Assembly (NCBI GenBank): GCA_047495785.1
Contig: JBLDXI010000029.1
Span: forward strand, 1,984,001-2,048,000
Length of the DNA stretch: 64,000 nt
Direction of reading: 5' to 3'
Origin: Lepidodermella squamata
Lineage: Eukaryota; Animalia; Gastrotricha
Under the pieces are notes generated by a model. That model was not told where the DNA came from, did not search any database, and was given only the letters and a program-made list of their open reading frames with translations. Made by a program: the position numbers and the translations under genes. The number at the start of each line of letters is the position of its first letter. Position 1 is the first letter of the stretch. This document shows positions 1 through 12,614 of the stretch, in pieces.

Positions 1-2509
1 ATGATCGCCTTTCAAGGCTATTTTATATTTCAGTGGTTTTCAAACTATTTTCGCTCCCGGCCAAAAATGGCGGCTGGCTGGTTACTTTTCCGGCCGCATT
101 GTCGCCTGAACCCTTAACCAGCCGCTTGGAATGATAAAACAGGTCCCTCCGGGGCCGCACGCCGCTATTATCAAGGTTCGAAGTTTTGAGCGCGCTTTTA
201 TGCGAAAGAAAGCGTATTTTGAAGCAGTACTTGGGCGTATAAAATAGCCACTACTGTAACGCAGTCCTTTTTCGGGCAGGGTAATTTTGGATACTTTTGG
301 CTGTGAGCGTCAGCTTCACCACAGCCCTGGTAGATAGAAACACCGTTCACAATGACACCTCAAACATGAGAAACGGATTTCTTTACGAATACTGGTTTCA
401 CTTTTCCGCAGGTGAGCATCGAGGTACAAATTATTAACTTCCTCAAATGGCAGTATTGTTTGCCGGATATAAGAGATATGAGAATTCAATCGACAGGTTT
501 CAAACTTTAATATGACCGCTGCAAAGTGAAAAGTGGATCTTGGCGAATTTTTTCACATTTCGGAATGAGAGTTCGGATGTGGGGTGTTGGCCATGACATC
601 CCGAGTCGATTGGTGAAAACCGTTCGAAAAAATACCTGAAAATGACGGAGATATCGCGTTTAGAAGTTTAGAGAACATTTTCCCACATTTTGAGAAAAAT
701 GTAAAATTAAAAACCTTATTTTGCGCACAAAAAATGTATTTGCACAAGTTTTCACCGTCATTATCTCCGCATTTCTAAATCGTATTTCTATAAATTGTAT
801 TCCGTTCGAATGAGCGAGACAAGGCGCTTTTCACACCAGCATTCAATTGGAAAATCAATATAAAATGCCGAAGCCTAAAATTTGTCGGCATTCTTATTTA
901 AATTTGAATTCCAGCGCGTAATTCCCACTGACATTGATACCTGAAAGTTCCAGGCATTCCAGGACCTATGGCTTGCTATTCTCGATCCCCTAGTGTATTC
1001 TTGTAGCAAGGTCCATGCAAATGTCACTCATCGCGTGTTTGAATACGCAATTGCACACAATAATGTGAGTGGCGATTTAGAGGACTGCGTCTATTACGGC
1101 TGTTGCAGTTTCAAGGGCCAAAAAACGCGAGCGTTGGCAAATGAGGGCGGCTTTTGCTTTTATTGCACACCGGCGAAATGCTAAAACATCGTTTGAGCTT
1201 TCAATGTGCACAAATGTTGATGTCTGCCTCTTAAACAATGCGTACAAAAATGTAGAAAAAAATCGCAAATTAATGCTTCAAAGATTAATGCAAATTTGAG
1301 GTGGATCCGTAGGTCCTATGTAGTTGGGGACGTGAAATTCGGAACCTGCATAAAACTGGATAAGGTTATAAGTTGAAGCCAGAACAGCCTTGGTTGACCC
1401 CGAGACTTGTTTTTCTGGTTGCTGAAAATTATTGAAAAATCGTCAAGATACACTTGGCAGCGGCCATATTTTAGTGAGAATAGCACTGAACTGCGTTGAG
1501 AGCACCAATTCGCCATCGGGGGTTTAAATTCGAAACCATCAACATGCAATCCCTTTAAATCAACAAATTTTATCTCGCTTTAGTGTGAACCTAACTAAAT
1601 TTTTACACTGAGCTGTCCGAAATGACCCCAGTTCTGTCAGTAATTAGCATAAGTATAAGTATAAGTATAATTAACATTCAAATAGCTCAGATCTGACATC
1701 AAATTCTTGATTCCAATATACCTTAAAGCTAAAATTACAGAGAAGACAATGTTTATTGCTAAAAATCCGTTCCCCCGTCTCTGGTGGCTACCCTAGTAGG
1801 GTAGCGTCCAGCCAATGGAATTGTACGTGGCGAAAAACCTTGACCCCGTAAACTTGGCCTGTGCGGCTCACTGCCTCGTTGTCGTCGTATTGACTGGTCC
1901 CGCTGCCAAACCAGAATATGACGAGCGGTTAATCCTGGCTTCCTCGAGCCGATGCCCGCTTGAGCTCATCCGTTTTAGTAATCTAATACTTGGGAGTGAA
2001 TCTTTAACCTTATGAAATGTGTGGCCTTAACAAAACGGCTTGCAAAACCTCAAACAAAGAATGGCTTGATCATTTTCATGCAGTCATTATTTTTAGGGCA
2101 ACGAAGAATCAAGTTAATTCAATTTAAGTGCTATGCTCGGCGGAAACCAGCTAACTCAGGACTTCGATCGAAAGATTCCAACTTGCAAGTAAAATGTTGC
2201 ATAAGTTACATATATTGCGCGATATAAGTAAGAGGCGAAGTCTTTGTAAGAGGCGGTACGACCCGCTAACCAATCAGCGTAAGTATTTTTTTAACTTCAA
2301 CTTCATCTTCAAAAAATATTGCCCGAGAAGATAATGAAACATTTTATATTATATATATATAAGTGAAGCGTGAGCACATTCTTCCGTCGTTCCTTTATTC
2401 CCCGTTATTCCGTCTAATTATTGCCGAGAGCCATGTATTTTTCTCGCTTTTTTCACATAATTTTCTCAGTCGAAAGGCGTTTTCAGCAACCACATCAGCC
2501 TCCTCCTCC

Positions 2510-3620
2510 TTAACTTTCCGCTTGAAAAACAAAGAGTTAAAACACAAACAAGAACCAAATTTGATAAAAGATTGGGAATTGGAAATTATGACTTACCCCG
2601 GATTGCCCTTTGCCGAGCGCTCTCTGCCATCTCCATATGAACTTCAGGGTCAGCCGCATAAGCAGCAGAAAGGCAGCACAGCAGAGCCGAGTCTCGATTT
2701 GGTTTTCCAATCAATTGTCGATTGCTGCATTTGCAACACATTGTAAAGCAAACGATGATGTAGCTCAATGTCAGCAACGACTGGGCTGCGACGATCGCCA
2801 AGCCGATGGGCCACGAAATCAAGGTGGGGTCAAAGCTTGGCCTCGTTAGGGTGTAGACAAATCCGGCAACGGATGGTGCGTATAATATTGTCAGGAGAAT
2901 ATCCTGCAGTTGAAAACAGCATATTACTTAAAGGATCAATACTTTTTTGATGATTTATTCATACAAAGGAGCCACATTTTATTTAATTGAAAAATATATA
3001 TCTCTTACCGAAACCATGTCGTATGCCCAGCTGTGGCATTTTTTGACCAAAAGCTGTAGGACAGCGGCCAAGAGGCCGAAGAAAAACGGCGTGATCACCC
3101 ATCCTGAGTACGGCCAACTCTGCTGTAGTAGGTACTCAGCACCAACTTTGTCAGCTTTTTCTTCATAACGGCGCAGATCGACAATATAGACTATCGATAG
3201 TGCGATGCAATAAATGTTGAGCGTAAGCTGTAGCAGTCTTGCGATCCCATAACCTGATCGCAATCTTATTATTAAGCTCGGCGGAGACTTGACATGTTCA
3301 ACATTCATATTGGCTGAGTGTCCTTGAATGGTGGGCCTCGCTCTGACATAAACCGGAGTTCGATGAGAACTAAAATGCTGCTCATTATGTTTCATTTGGT
3401 TGGCTGGTGGAAAATCATAAACCGTTGGCCAATGGGTAGAGAATTGCTGGTCGTCAGGATGAAAACGGTGAGCAAGTGGAGGATAATTGTGAACTGGCCG
3501 ATGACTAGCTGACTGATGCTCATTGCCATAAAATTGGAGAAGCAGCTTGAAGCGACATCCAAATTTTTTTGTAGATTGGATACGAGAGCAGTCGAGAAGC
3601 ATTGAAAAAGCTGCGGGCAT
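2510..3620 (-). CDS. Tetraspan (MARVEL-like) family copy G1; exons 3620-3009, 2903-2597, 2520-2510; tail truncated by TAA
   Basis: Spliced translation with GT/AG sites at paralog-equivalent positions. An 11-nt deletion after the usual MSLQ start puts the upstream ATG at 3620 in frame. Exon 3 reads (A)ES* before a degenerate Gly tract. Confidence 0.65.
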
Positions 3621-4296
3621 AATGATTGACTCATGGTTGACTCATGGTTGCAGCACATCGTCCGGCAAAGCTACTTTTTAGTCTAGGGTATGTTGGCGTA
3701 AAAGTACGTAAAAGTTCACTTTTGCTAACACTACTTGCCGTTGCACAAAATCTTGATGCCTCCATGGCTCCCAAAAAGAGTCTGAAACCAGAAACGTATG
3801 AGAAAGCATAATTAGTTCTTGACCCAACTTCAACCAGTACTCAATTTATTAATGCCTCCGAACTTCATACATTCAAGTCGGACAGAATAGATTCTTGAAT
3901 TAAGTTCAATTTATTCCAATCGCTGTAACTACAGAACAATCAACGAGGAGATTATGAGAGGTGATGCCATGAGGGTGGCATTCAACAATGAGAATCCGGG
4001 AGGTATTCGGCCAAAAAATATTATATAAATGACTATGAAACTAGTTCCTGCATATTTCTTCCGGTGAAAGAGCCTTGGAAAGTGTGGATAATGTTTGGGA
4101 AATTAGTTTCGTTGTCTAAAAATTGGCTATAAATCCCGACAAAGTTCTAAAATTAAAGCCTTATCCGCAATGGATCTGTATTAAAATCGACTGAATATAA
4201 AATAATAAGAGAAAAATAAGCGAAAATGAATAAAAAAGACATTTTCGATTATTTTTTAAAGTTCTCTATCATACGAATATGTATAGGGTAAGTATT

Positions 4297-5977
4297 TCAG
4301 CAACCACATCTGTCTCCTCCACATCCTCCTCCTCCTCCACCACCGTCTCCTCCTCCTCCTCCACATCCTCCTCCTCCGTCTCCTCCACCACTGTACGCTT
4401 AAAAAGAGAGCAAAGAGAAAGGAAAAACGAGTACATACTAGGAGAGTCAAAAATAAGGGAATTGCGACTTACCCCGGTCTTCGCGTTGCCGTTCCTGCTC
4501 TGCTTCGATCTCCTGCTGCACTTCAGGGTCGTCATTATATGCAGCAGGAAGGCAGCACATCCACGATGAGTATAAAGCCGGTTTTCCAATCAGTTGTCGA
4601 TTGCTGCATTTGCAACACATCGAGAACCAAACGATGATGTAGCTCCTTGTCAACAAAGATTGAACTGCGACGATTGCCCAGCCGATGGGCCATGAAATCA
4701 ATAAAGTATGTTCGAAGCATGGTCTCGTTAGAGTGTAGATGAATCCGAAAAGGAACGATGTGTACAATATAGCCAGAAGAACATCCTGCAGTAAAACACA
4801 TAACGTTAAAAGTTATAGGAAGCCTTTGAAAAGATGCTAAGTTACTTTCTTAGTATAGGAAAGTATAGGCACATAAATCTACATATAATTTGTCCATTTT
4901 TTAACACCACGATGCATCCTAGGCTCCAAAAAAGAGTTAGAAACCAGAAACCATATGAGCCAGAAACCAGAAAGCATTTTGCCTAACTTCACCTTGCCTT
5001 GCCTTGCACTTACCTACCCAATTTGAAATGACGCGTCCGAGCTTCGATAAATTAAGTCGCACCGGTAGCGGGTCAATCTAGTTTAGTCCTGTTGGGGAGT
5101 CCGAAGCGTGCCCGTTCACGCTACGGCAAGCCCGAGCCCGTCGGGGAATCAGTGTTTTGCCTGTCCGCGCCCGGGTCGCTTCAATAAAATACTGCCTTTG
5201 CGCAACGTCTATGCTAAATCGAATGGATTTAAACAAAACTCGCATAAGCGAACGCGGGCAAGCGCAGGTGCTAAGCCGGGTGCGGGTAGAGAGCAATAGG
5301 TAGGCCAGTGTATTGCTGTGCGCGCTCAACTCCGCCGTGTTCGGGCATCAGGTTGCGACACCCGAGAGCGAAGGGCGATGATCACAGGCACGATCGTCGG
5401 CGGCTCAAGTGCGGACAAGCGTTCAACAATAGCACGGGTTTCCATTGTTTCCCGGCATGCTGGGCCCAAAACCTCACTTGGCCCGTGTGCATTGAAGCAA
5501 GATTTGGTTGAAAAAAATCACTCCTACCGAAAACATATCGTAAGCCCAGCTGTAGCACCTTTTGACCAAAAGCTGCAAGACAGCGGCCGCAGAAGGCCCA
5601 AAACGGATTGCAAAAACCCATGCCGACAGTAGCCAATGCTGATAACGCTGCATAGCGCAGTTTTTGGCAGCTTTGTCTTCGTAACGGTTTAGATCGACGA
5701 TGTGGGCTATCGAAAGAGCCATGAATACTAAGTTGAGTAAAAGCTGTAGCAGTCTTGCGATTCCATAGCCTGATCGCAGCCTAATACAAATTAAGCCAGG
5801 TTCCTTTTTCATGATGGGCAAGTGTGCTGGAACGCCCGGCATCGCTATGACGTAAACTTCCGGTCGATGAGTATCGAACAGTTGCCAATTCCGATGAAAT
5901 TGGCAAGCAGGTGGAGAAAAAGCTTGAAACGGAATTGAAAATGTGTCGATTGAGTAAAAAGCGCAAGCATGGTGCAT
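4297..5977 (-). CDS. Tetraspan family copy G2, apparently intact; exons 5977-5528, 4785-4473, 4397-4297
   Basis: All exons open with canonical splice sites; tail AYSGGGDGGGGCGGGGGDGGGGGGCGGDRCGC*. The usual start codon is ATT here, but an in-frame ATG lies at 5977. Confidence 0.75.
5089..5505. mobile_element. Degenerate GC-rich element related to the TGT...ACA MITE at 23691, in intron 1 of G2
   Basis: Begins ctgttgggg and ends with sequence resembling 24081-24160 (ccattgtt...ggcccgtgtgc...tgaagc..gattt). A homologous relic lies at 43277-43605. Confidence 0.55.
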
Positions 5978-6264
5978 TTAAATAGCTGAAGGCATCGTGA
6001 CAAACTCATGCCTGTAATCGCGTAATCGCTCTTAATTCAGAGCTTCCGATTTGGCTGAACTTTTGGTGGCAGGTTAGAGAACCGCTATACGCCACTGCGA
6101 AGGGCTGTCTATCAGCCTAGATTGACTAAACACTACATTCCTGTTCTTGCTTATAAAATGACAATTAAGTTATTTTTTTCAATGACTCGTGACTCACATT
6201 CAACTAACGTAAATGTAAAAATACTAACCCTGGTTTTTAGCAAATTTAGTAGTATGCAGTTAAT

Positions 6265-6600
6265 CACAGTCTCCTCGCAGTGCGCACTGCTTCCTCGCAT
6301 TGTCGTCTCCACAGGTCACGTCCCAATGCAGAACCTCGAAGTCAAGCCCCGGCTTAGCTCCTCATTGAAAGCGATTCTCAGCCAGACCTTTCGTGGAAGA
6401 CATCGGAAAGCATCCAACTTGTTGACGTCAGTCCTTAGTTAGCGCCATCACCCCGAGCCATATAACGAGACCGTCCAGTTGTTGACACGCAGAATTTCTT
6501 CAGTCGAGAGGCTATATTCATTTGAGCTCTGCTAAGGCTGATGATACTGCCAAGTTATAAAATGGCTCCACTTTTTCTCACGTTCTTTTACGCCTCAACC
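6265..6600 (-). mobile_element. RTE-clade non-LTR retrotransposon 3' relic
   Basis: Broken translation gives LGSIIS...INKLDAF..CL..ivW...NEEL, typical of the RTE RT C-terminus. Paralogous relics at 44350-44600 and ~31770-31950. Confidence 0.65.
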
Positions 6601-7285
6601 CTCACAAAACTGCCGAAGGTTCCTAAAATTGTCGACATTCTCATGCATAGTTATATAACCTCGATAATTAACGCAGCGCGACGACCCGACTGAAAATAAT
6701 GACCTGGCTGGCATTAGATTTCGATTTTTTCGACTGAGTCATTCGATTCGATTCGGCAAAAAGGGTCAATTTTTTGTTGGATAATTGTTGGTTAAGTAGG
6801 TATTGGTTTATTATAGAAATCGATTCCGTGCAGCTAGCAGTGCCGGAATATGACCTCAGAAATCGGCCCCGGTCCGTTTGGTAAACTTTTGTACGAGACC
6901 CATTCCCATCCAACTAATGCTCAACATCAGCTAGTTACTCTGTTACAAAAGTTGAACTTAAACTGGCCACCGATTTGCTAGATATTCGAAGTGAGATTGG
7001 TCCATGGGGCCGGCATAAAATGGTGTGAACCTGATAGTTATCTGGCGAATGACAGCGGCGTGGCCACAGATTTTCCGATGAATACCCCAAAAGCTAGCTT
7101 TTTTGTTCTTATTTTATTTATGAAGCTCAGGATATCATACTATCCATAGAGATCAGATTAACCTGAACTCTTTGCATACAATTTAGTAAAATGATTGCTG
7201 AGGGAAATTTTTTATTTTGCACATTTGGGCATTATCATTCAGAAAACATTGAACAGATCGTGAATTTCTGCGCTGAAACTCAATT

Positions 7286-9115
7286 TTAGCAACCGCCACC
7301 AGCACCACAACCTCCCCCACCACCACCACCACCAACGCCACCACCACCGAAACCTCCTCCTCCTACCCAACCTCCGGTCGCTACAAAAAACAAGTAGAAA
7401 AAGGGAATTGATAACACAAACTACGTGAGCGAAATCAACGTCAGTGATATAGAAAATAGTCTCTCGATTGGGAACTTGTTGATCATAGACAATGATGTTA
7501 CATCATTGTCTATGTTGTTGATACATGAGCATTGATTTAGGAGGGTCAAATTTAAGAAAATTACGACTTACCCCGGATTGCGCGTTGTCGTTCATTCTCT
7601 GCCGCTATCTCCTGCTGCACGTCAGGTTCGGCCGCGTAGGCAGCAGGAAGGCAGCACATACACGATGAGTAGTGATCCGGTTTTCCAACCTTTTGTCGAT
7701 TGCTGCATTTGAAACACATCGAAAACCAAACGATGATGTAGCTCACCGTCAGCAGAATTTGAACCGCGAAGATTGCCCAGCCGATAGGCCAGGATATCAA
7801 AGTATGATTGAAGCATGGTCTCGTCAGGGTGTAGACAAACCCGGCAAGGAAGGATGTGTACAATATGGCCAGAAGAATATCCTGTAAAGTGTAACATCAT
7901 GTTTTAAGGAAGTACCATAGCTCATACAGGTATCTTAGAAGCTCCACCAGTAATTGTTCACAATTCAATAAAAAACCATTCGTCATGACAATAATAAAGC
8001 TCTCCTACCAAAAGCATATCGTAAGCCCAGCTGTAGCATCTCTTGACCAATAGCTGTAGGACAACGGTCATTAAGCCAAACAATGACGGCATGATGATCC
8101 ATCCTGAGTACGGCCATTTCTGCTTTAGTAGATGCTCCGCGCCAACTTTGGCAACTTTTTCTTGATAACGGCTCAGGTCGACAATATAGGCTATTGATAG
8201 AGCTAAGCCTACAATGTTGAGTACAAGCTGTAGGAGTCTGGCGATTCCATAGCCCGATCGCAGTCTAATTGAAATTATGCTCGGCGATGGAATGTCGGGC
8301 CTCGCTATTGCCATTTGTTGATTGCTCTCTGCTCTCTCCAGCTGAACTTCAGGGTCGGCCGCATAGGCAGCAGAAAGGCAGAACATGAAAACTGAGTAGT
8401 GATCAGGTTTTCCAATCAGTTGCTGATTGCTGCATTTGCAAAACATCGAGGACCAAACCGCGATGTAGCTAATCGTTAACAAAAATTGAACTGCAAAGAT
8501 TGCCCGGCCGATGGGCCACGAAATCAAAGTATGTTCGAAGCTTGGCCTCGTTATGATATAGACAAATGCGACAAGGAACGGTATGTACACTATTGCCAGA
8601 AGAACATCCTGTAAAATATAACAAAATGCTTTGTAGAAGCTACACAAATTATTTTTTTGCAAATCGATCCAATAATCTTTAGAGTAGAGAAATAATTTTG
8701 TAAAGTAAAGCTCCATTACCGAAGCCATGTTGTATGCCCAGCTGTAACATCTTTTGGCCAAAAGCTGTAGGACAGCTATTAATAGGCCAAAGAATGACGG
8801 CGTGATGACCCATCCTGAGTACAGCCAATTCTGCTGTAATAGATACTCTGCGCCAACTTTGACAGCCTCGTCTTTATAACGGCTCAGATCGACAATATAG
8901 GCTATTGATAGAGCTATATATACAATGTTGAGTATAAATTGAAGCAGTCTCGCAATTCCATAGCCCGATCGCAGTCTAATTGAAATTACGCTCGGTTCAT
9001 TTGTGACGGGTGGGTGTGCTGGAATGGTAGGCCTCGCTAAAACAATAACTGCCGGCTGATGAGTGGAGAACTGAACCTCGTTGCGATAAAATTGATGAGC
9101 AGCTTGAAATGGCAT
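7286..9115 (-). CDS. Fused double-domain (8-TM) copy G3; exons 9115-8720, 8608-8009 (chimeric exon 2/exon 1), 7881-7572, 7380-7286
   Basis: ORF 7958..9133 shows the exon 2 end (ESNQQMAI) running in frame into a second exon 1 (ARPDIPSPSIISIRLRSG). All splice sites are canonical; the tail ends GGCGAGGGC*. Confidence 0.8.
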
Positions 9116-10131
9116 TGAAAATATATGAATCAAGCATGCTCATGCGAGTTGCTTGATTCAAAGAATGTATTAGGTCTGACTCATACCTGAGTGAAATTGT
9201 TCTCAAGTTGCGACATAACAAGTCTTCAGATTTAGCGGAACATTTGGTTTATAACATTGGTTGACACGTTTAAGATCCGCTACACATCAAGCTAGTGCAA
9301 AGAGCTACGCATGAGCAAAGACTGACTAAATGCAACACTTCTATATACTTTTTACGTATATACATGTATATTTCTGTTCTATAGTTTTAGTGACTTTTGG
9401 AGAGCAGAGAGTCGTTTTTTCCTGCTTCATTACTCATGGATCACAGCGAAACTGATAAAAATTTCGACTTTGCGCTCGTCCCTCTGATTGCTTCCGGAAA
9501 GCTTGGCATTTGGCAGGAGACGTAGCTAGGACGCCGAAGCTTGATCCCTGCCATACAAAGTGACACGTTGGTGTTATGCATGATTCTGAACACTTTACCT
9601 TTTGCAAACATTAAATTTTCAGGGTTCAATAAAAATAATTAATTCCTGAATTTAATAAATCGAAGTGGATGTTCGTACATAATTATGTACAACTATTTAA
9701 CTATTCATACAATTCAGTCACAATTTTCAAATTTCCGCTAGATGATAAAAAGAGCACGAACATTTAATGAGGTGATTCATCTCACTATTTTCAAAAAGCG
9801 ACCTTTGACACTAATTATTCTAAATTATTCTAAATATTTGCCGAGGAAGCAGTAAGTGACGCCTCAAATCCTGTTTCCTCAAAGCTTGTCGCTGAACTTT
9901 CTGTTGTTGCGAGAAAATGGCTTGATTTAGCCCTGAAGAGGAACACCTGAAATGCCTTTATTTAGGTACAAAATGAGGACAGTAAATCGTCAAGCCTTTT
10001 CAGCTTCTTTAAAAGCGATTCAGATTAATACGATTAGCTGGTTATTGTCTGAAACAAGCTCAGCAGGCCAAGCTAAGCAACTCAGCTTAATAGTCGTCAA
10101 GTCCCGCGTATTCCATTGCTGAAACCTATTT

Positions 10132-11741
10132 TTAGCCACCACCACATCCTCCACATCCACCTCCACATCCTCCACCACATCCTCCACCACATCCTCCTCC
10201 GCCATCACCTGCACCACTTGCCGCTTGAAAAAACAAAGAGACGAGTTTCAAATATCTGAGACTCATAGATAGGAGAATATGACTCACCTCGCTTCGCGCT
10301 TTGCAGAGCCATCTCTGCTCTTATCAGCTGAACTTCAGGTTCGGCCGCGTAGGCAGCAGATAGGCAGCAGATGCACGTGTTAACCGAGTAGTGATCTGGT
10401 TTTCCAACCAGTTGTCGATTGCTGCATTTACAACACATCGAGAACCAAACGATGATGTAGCTCACCGTCAGCAGAATTTGAACCGCGAAGATTGCCCAGC
10501 CGATAGGCCAGGATATCAAAGTATGTTTGAAGCATGGTCTCATTAAGGTGTAGACAAATGCGGCAAGCAACGGTATGTACAATATCGTCAAGAGAATATC
10601 CTTTAAAATATATCACATTTCAGGAAGCTCCATCAGTGATTGTTCGCAGTTGAAAAAATCTATATGTCCAAACAGTAATAAAACTCACCGAAACCATATC
10701 GTAAGCCCAACTGTAGCAGGTTTTGACCAAGAGCTGTAGGACAGCGACCAAGACACCGATGAAAGACGGCGCAACTACCCATCCTGAGTACAGCCAATCC
10801 TGTGGACCAACTTTGTCTTGATAACGGCTCAGATCGACCATATAGACTATTGATAGAGCTATGTATAAAATGTTGAGCGTAAGCTGAAGCATTCGGGTGA
10901 TTCCATAACCTGAATGCAGTCTTATCGAAATTAAACTCGGTTTAGGTTTGACATCCTCAACATCAATTACGGATGGCTGGGATAGAATGTTCGGCCTCGC
11001 TATGGCGTAAACGTGCGAACGGTGATCAGTGATGAACCGTTGCTCGCTGCGATGAAATTGGTGGGCAATTGGAGGATAATTATCAACACGTCGGTGAATA
11101 GATGGCTGTTGCTTGTTGCGATGACATGGGTGAGGTTGAGGAACAGCTTGAAAAGTGTGGCGCTGGCTGCTTCTAGACTCAGAACAGTAGTTGAGGGCCA
11201 TCGTTGACGCTCGTGGGGTGACGATGGTGGCGCTCGTCGCCTTAACGGTCGGTTTGGAGCGCGCAACGAGCCTCTGAGACGGCGCAACCCTGGCACGCTC
11301 GCGCTTGTGTAACGCCCGGATCGCTAAATACAAGGCGTGGCGCCGACGCTTTTCAGGGCCGTCATCCATCTCAGCCAATTCTCTGCCTTCCGATTTCAGC
11401 CAGTCTTTGCGAGCATCAGGCGGCATTCGTTGTAGCCGCCTCTCGAGTTGCCGGTCCAGGCTGTCAGCGCGGGCGTTGGGCCGAGCACTCTGTTGCAAAG
11501 ACCAGACGCCCTCATGCTTGCGAGCCAGGGACGTTTGGTGTTCCCATTCGGGCGTAGCAGGTTCATAAGCACCACGAGTTGCGGCTGAACGACTTCGGCG
11601 AGGCTTTCTCAGAGGCGAATGTGCTGTTACGGCGAGCATGGTGCCCTTGGAGGGACTTGTAGTGAACGTTGAGTCCCCGCCCGTCGCTGGCGGGTAAGTC
11701 ATAAGCGTCTTGGGAGTTTTTGTTGTCTTCTTGCCGGTCAT
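10132..11741 (-). CDS. Copy G4 with long basic N-terminal extension; exons 11741-10689, 10600-10288, 10223-10132
   Basis: Open 373-aa ORF ending in the family exon 1; exon 2 has an AAG acceptor; tail AASGAGDGGGGCGGGCGGGCGGGCGGCGGG*. Confidence 0.75.
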
Positions 11742-12164
11742 GCTGCTTTGTCCGGACGATGCACCAGTTGTGGTGTTGGCTGCTTATGGAATGAAAAGAA
11801 GACGTTTCGTCGAGAAGCAGATTCCAATTTATTTAAAAGCACAAGACCTGGACGGGAAATTGTTCAAAAATGAAAATATCACACACAAAAATGGGCGCGG
11901 TCGCCTCAAGGACAGATGGAACTGTTAGCCGGGCGAGATGGAAAATACGGATTCTCAGTCTGAGGATCTACACAAAATGTGGCGTGGATTGAATAAGTGC
12001 AGTCCAGGCACCTAAAAAGAGCCTGCATGCATCATTGCTGACTCATTCCTGAGTATATTCGCCCTCCATGTTATTTGGCTGAATATACGGCATGTTTCGT
12101 GTTTCTAGTTACTGGAAATTTGGTTACAATTTTGATGGCAAAACTGACAATACACTCATTTCCG

Positions 12165-12335
12165 ATTTCACATGGTGAACCAAACGATGATGTAGCTCAT
12201 CGTCAGCAACGATTGCACTGCGACGATCGCTCAGCCGATGGGCCTCGAAATCAAAGTATGTTCGAAGCATGGTCTCGTTAAGTTGTAGACAAAGCCGGCA
12301 AGAAATGGTACGTATAATATAATTAGACGAAAATT
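12165..12335 (-). pseudogene. Orphan 5' half of exon 2 (G5)
   Basis: Homologous to exon 2 (TRPCFEHTLIS.PIG*AIVAVQSLL), with an in-frame stop, truncated and without exon 1. Confidence 0.8.
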
Positions 12336-12423
12336 CTGTAAAAAACATAGCTGTTTAATTTAGTGAACGTTTCGTGGACGACTTTCCGTACGGCACCGAT
12401 TGAACTGCATCTTAGTCTGGATA

Positions 12424-12614
12424 TGCAGTGTCAAAGTCCAACTACTTGTTGCTGGGTCGGTCGCGATAGTGGGGCTGGTAGGGTTGGTGGGTGTGAATTT
12501 TTTTCACACTATGTTAATCAATTGATAGAATCGCGTGCTGCCAAGCCCCATTGATCCCATTGATGCTATCATATCGACCATCAGAGCAACACGTAGTTGG
12601 ACTTTGACTCCGCA
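12424..12614. mobile_element. Small MITE-like element
   Basis: Inverted termini gtcaaagtccaactac / gtagttggactttgac. Confidence 0.5.

Noticed and set aside
1-2350. Short ORFs and probable old repeat DNA, including (ataagt)n near 1650
   Set aside because: No motifs, termini or TSDs that I could support.
2610-2849. Recurrent plus-strand ORFs (FSNQLSIAAFATH...) opposite exon 2
   Set aside because: Antisense shadows of a conserved exon; starts and stops are not conserved between copies.
4256-4589. Poly-Arg, poly-Glu and poly-Ser ORFs (also 10020, 13165, 39829, 55383)
   Set aside because: Alternative frames or antisense of the Gly/Cys exon 3; splice phase shows the Gly frame is the real one.
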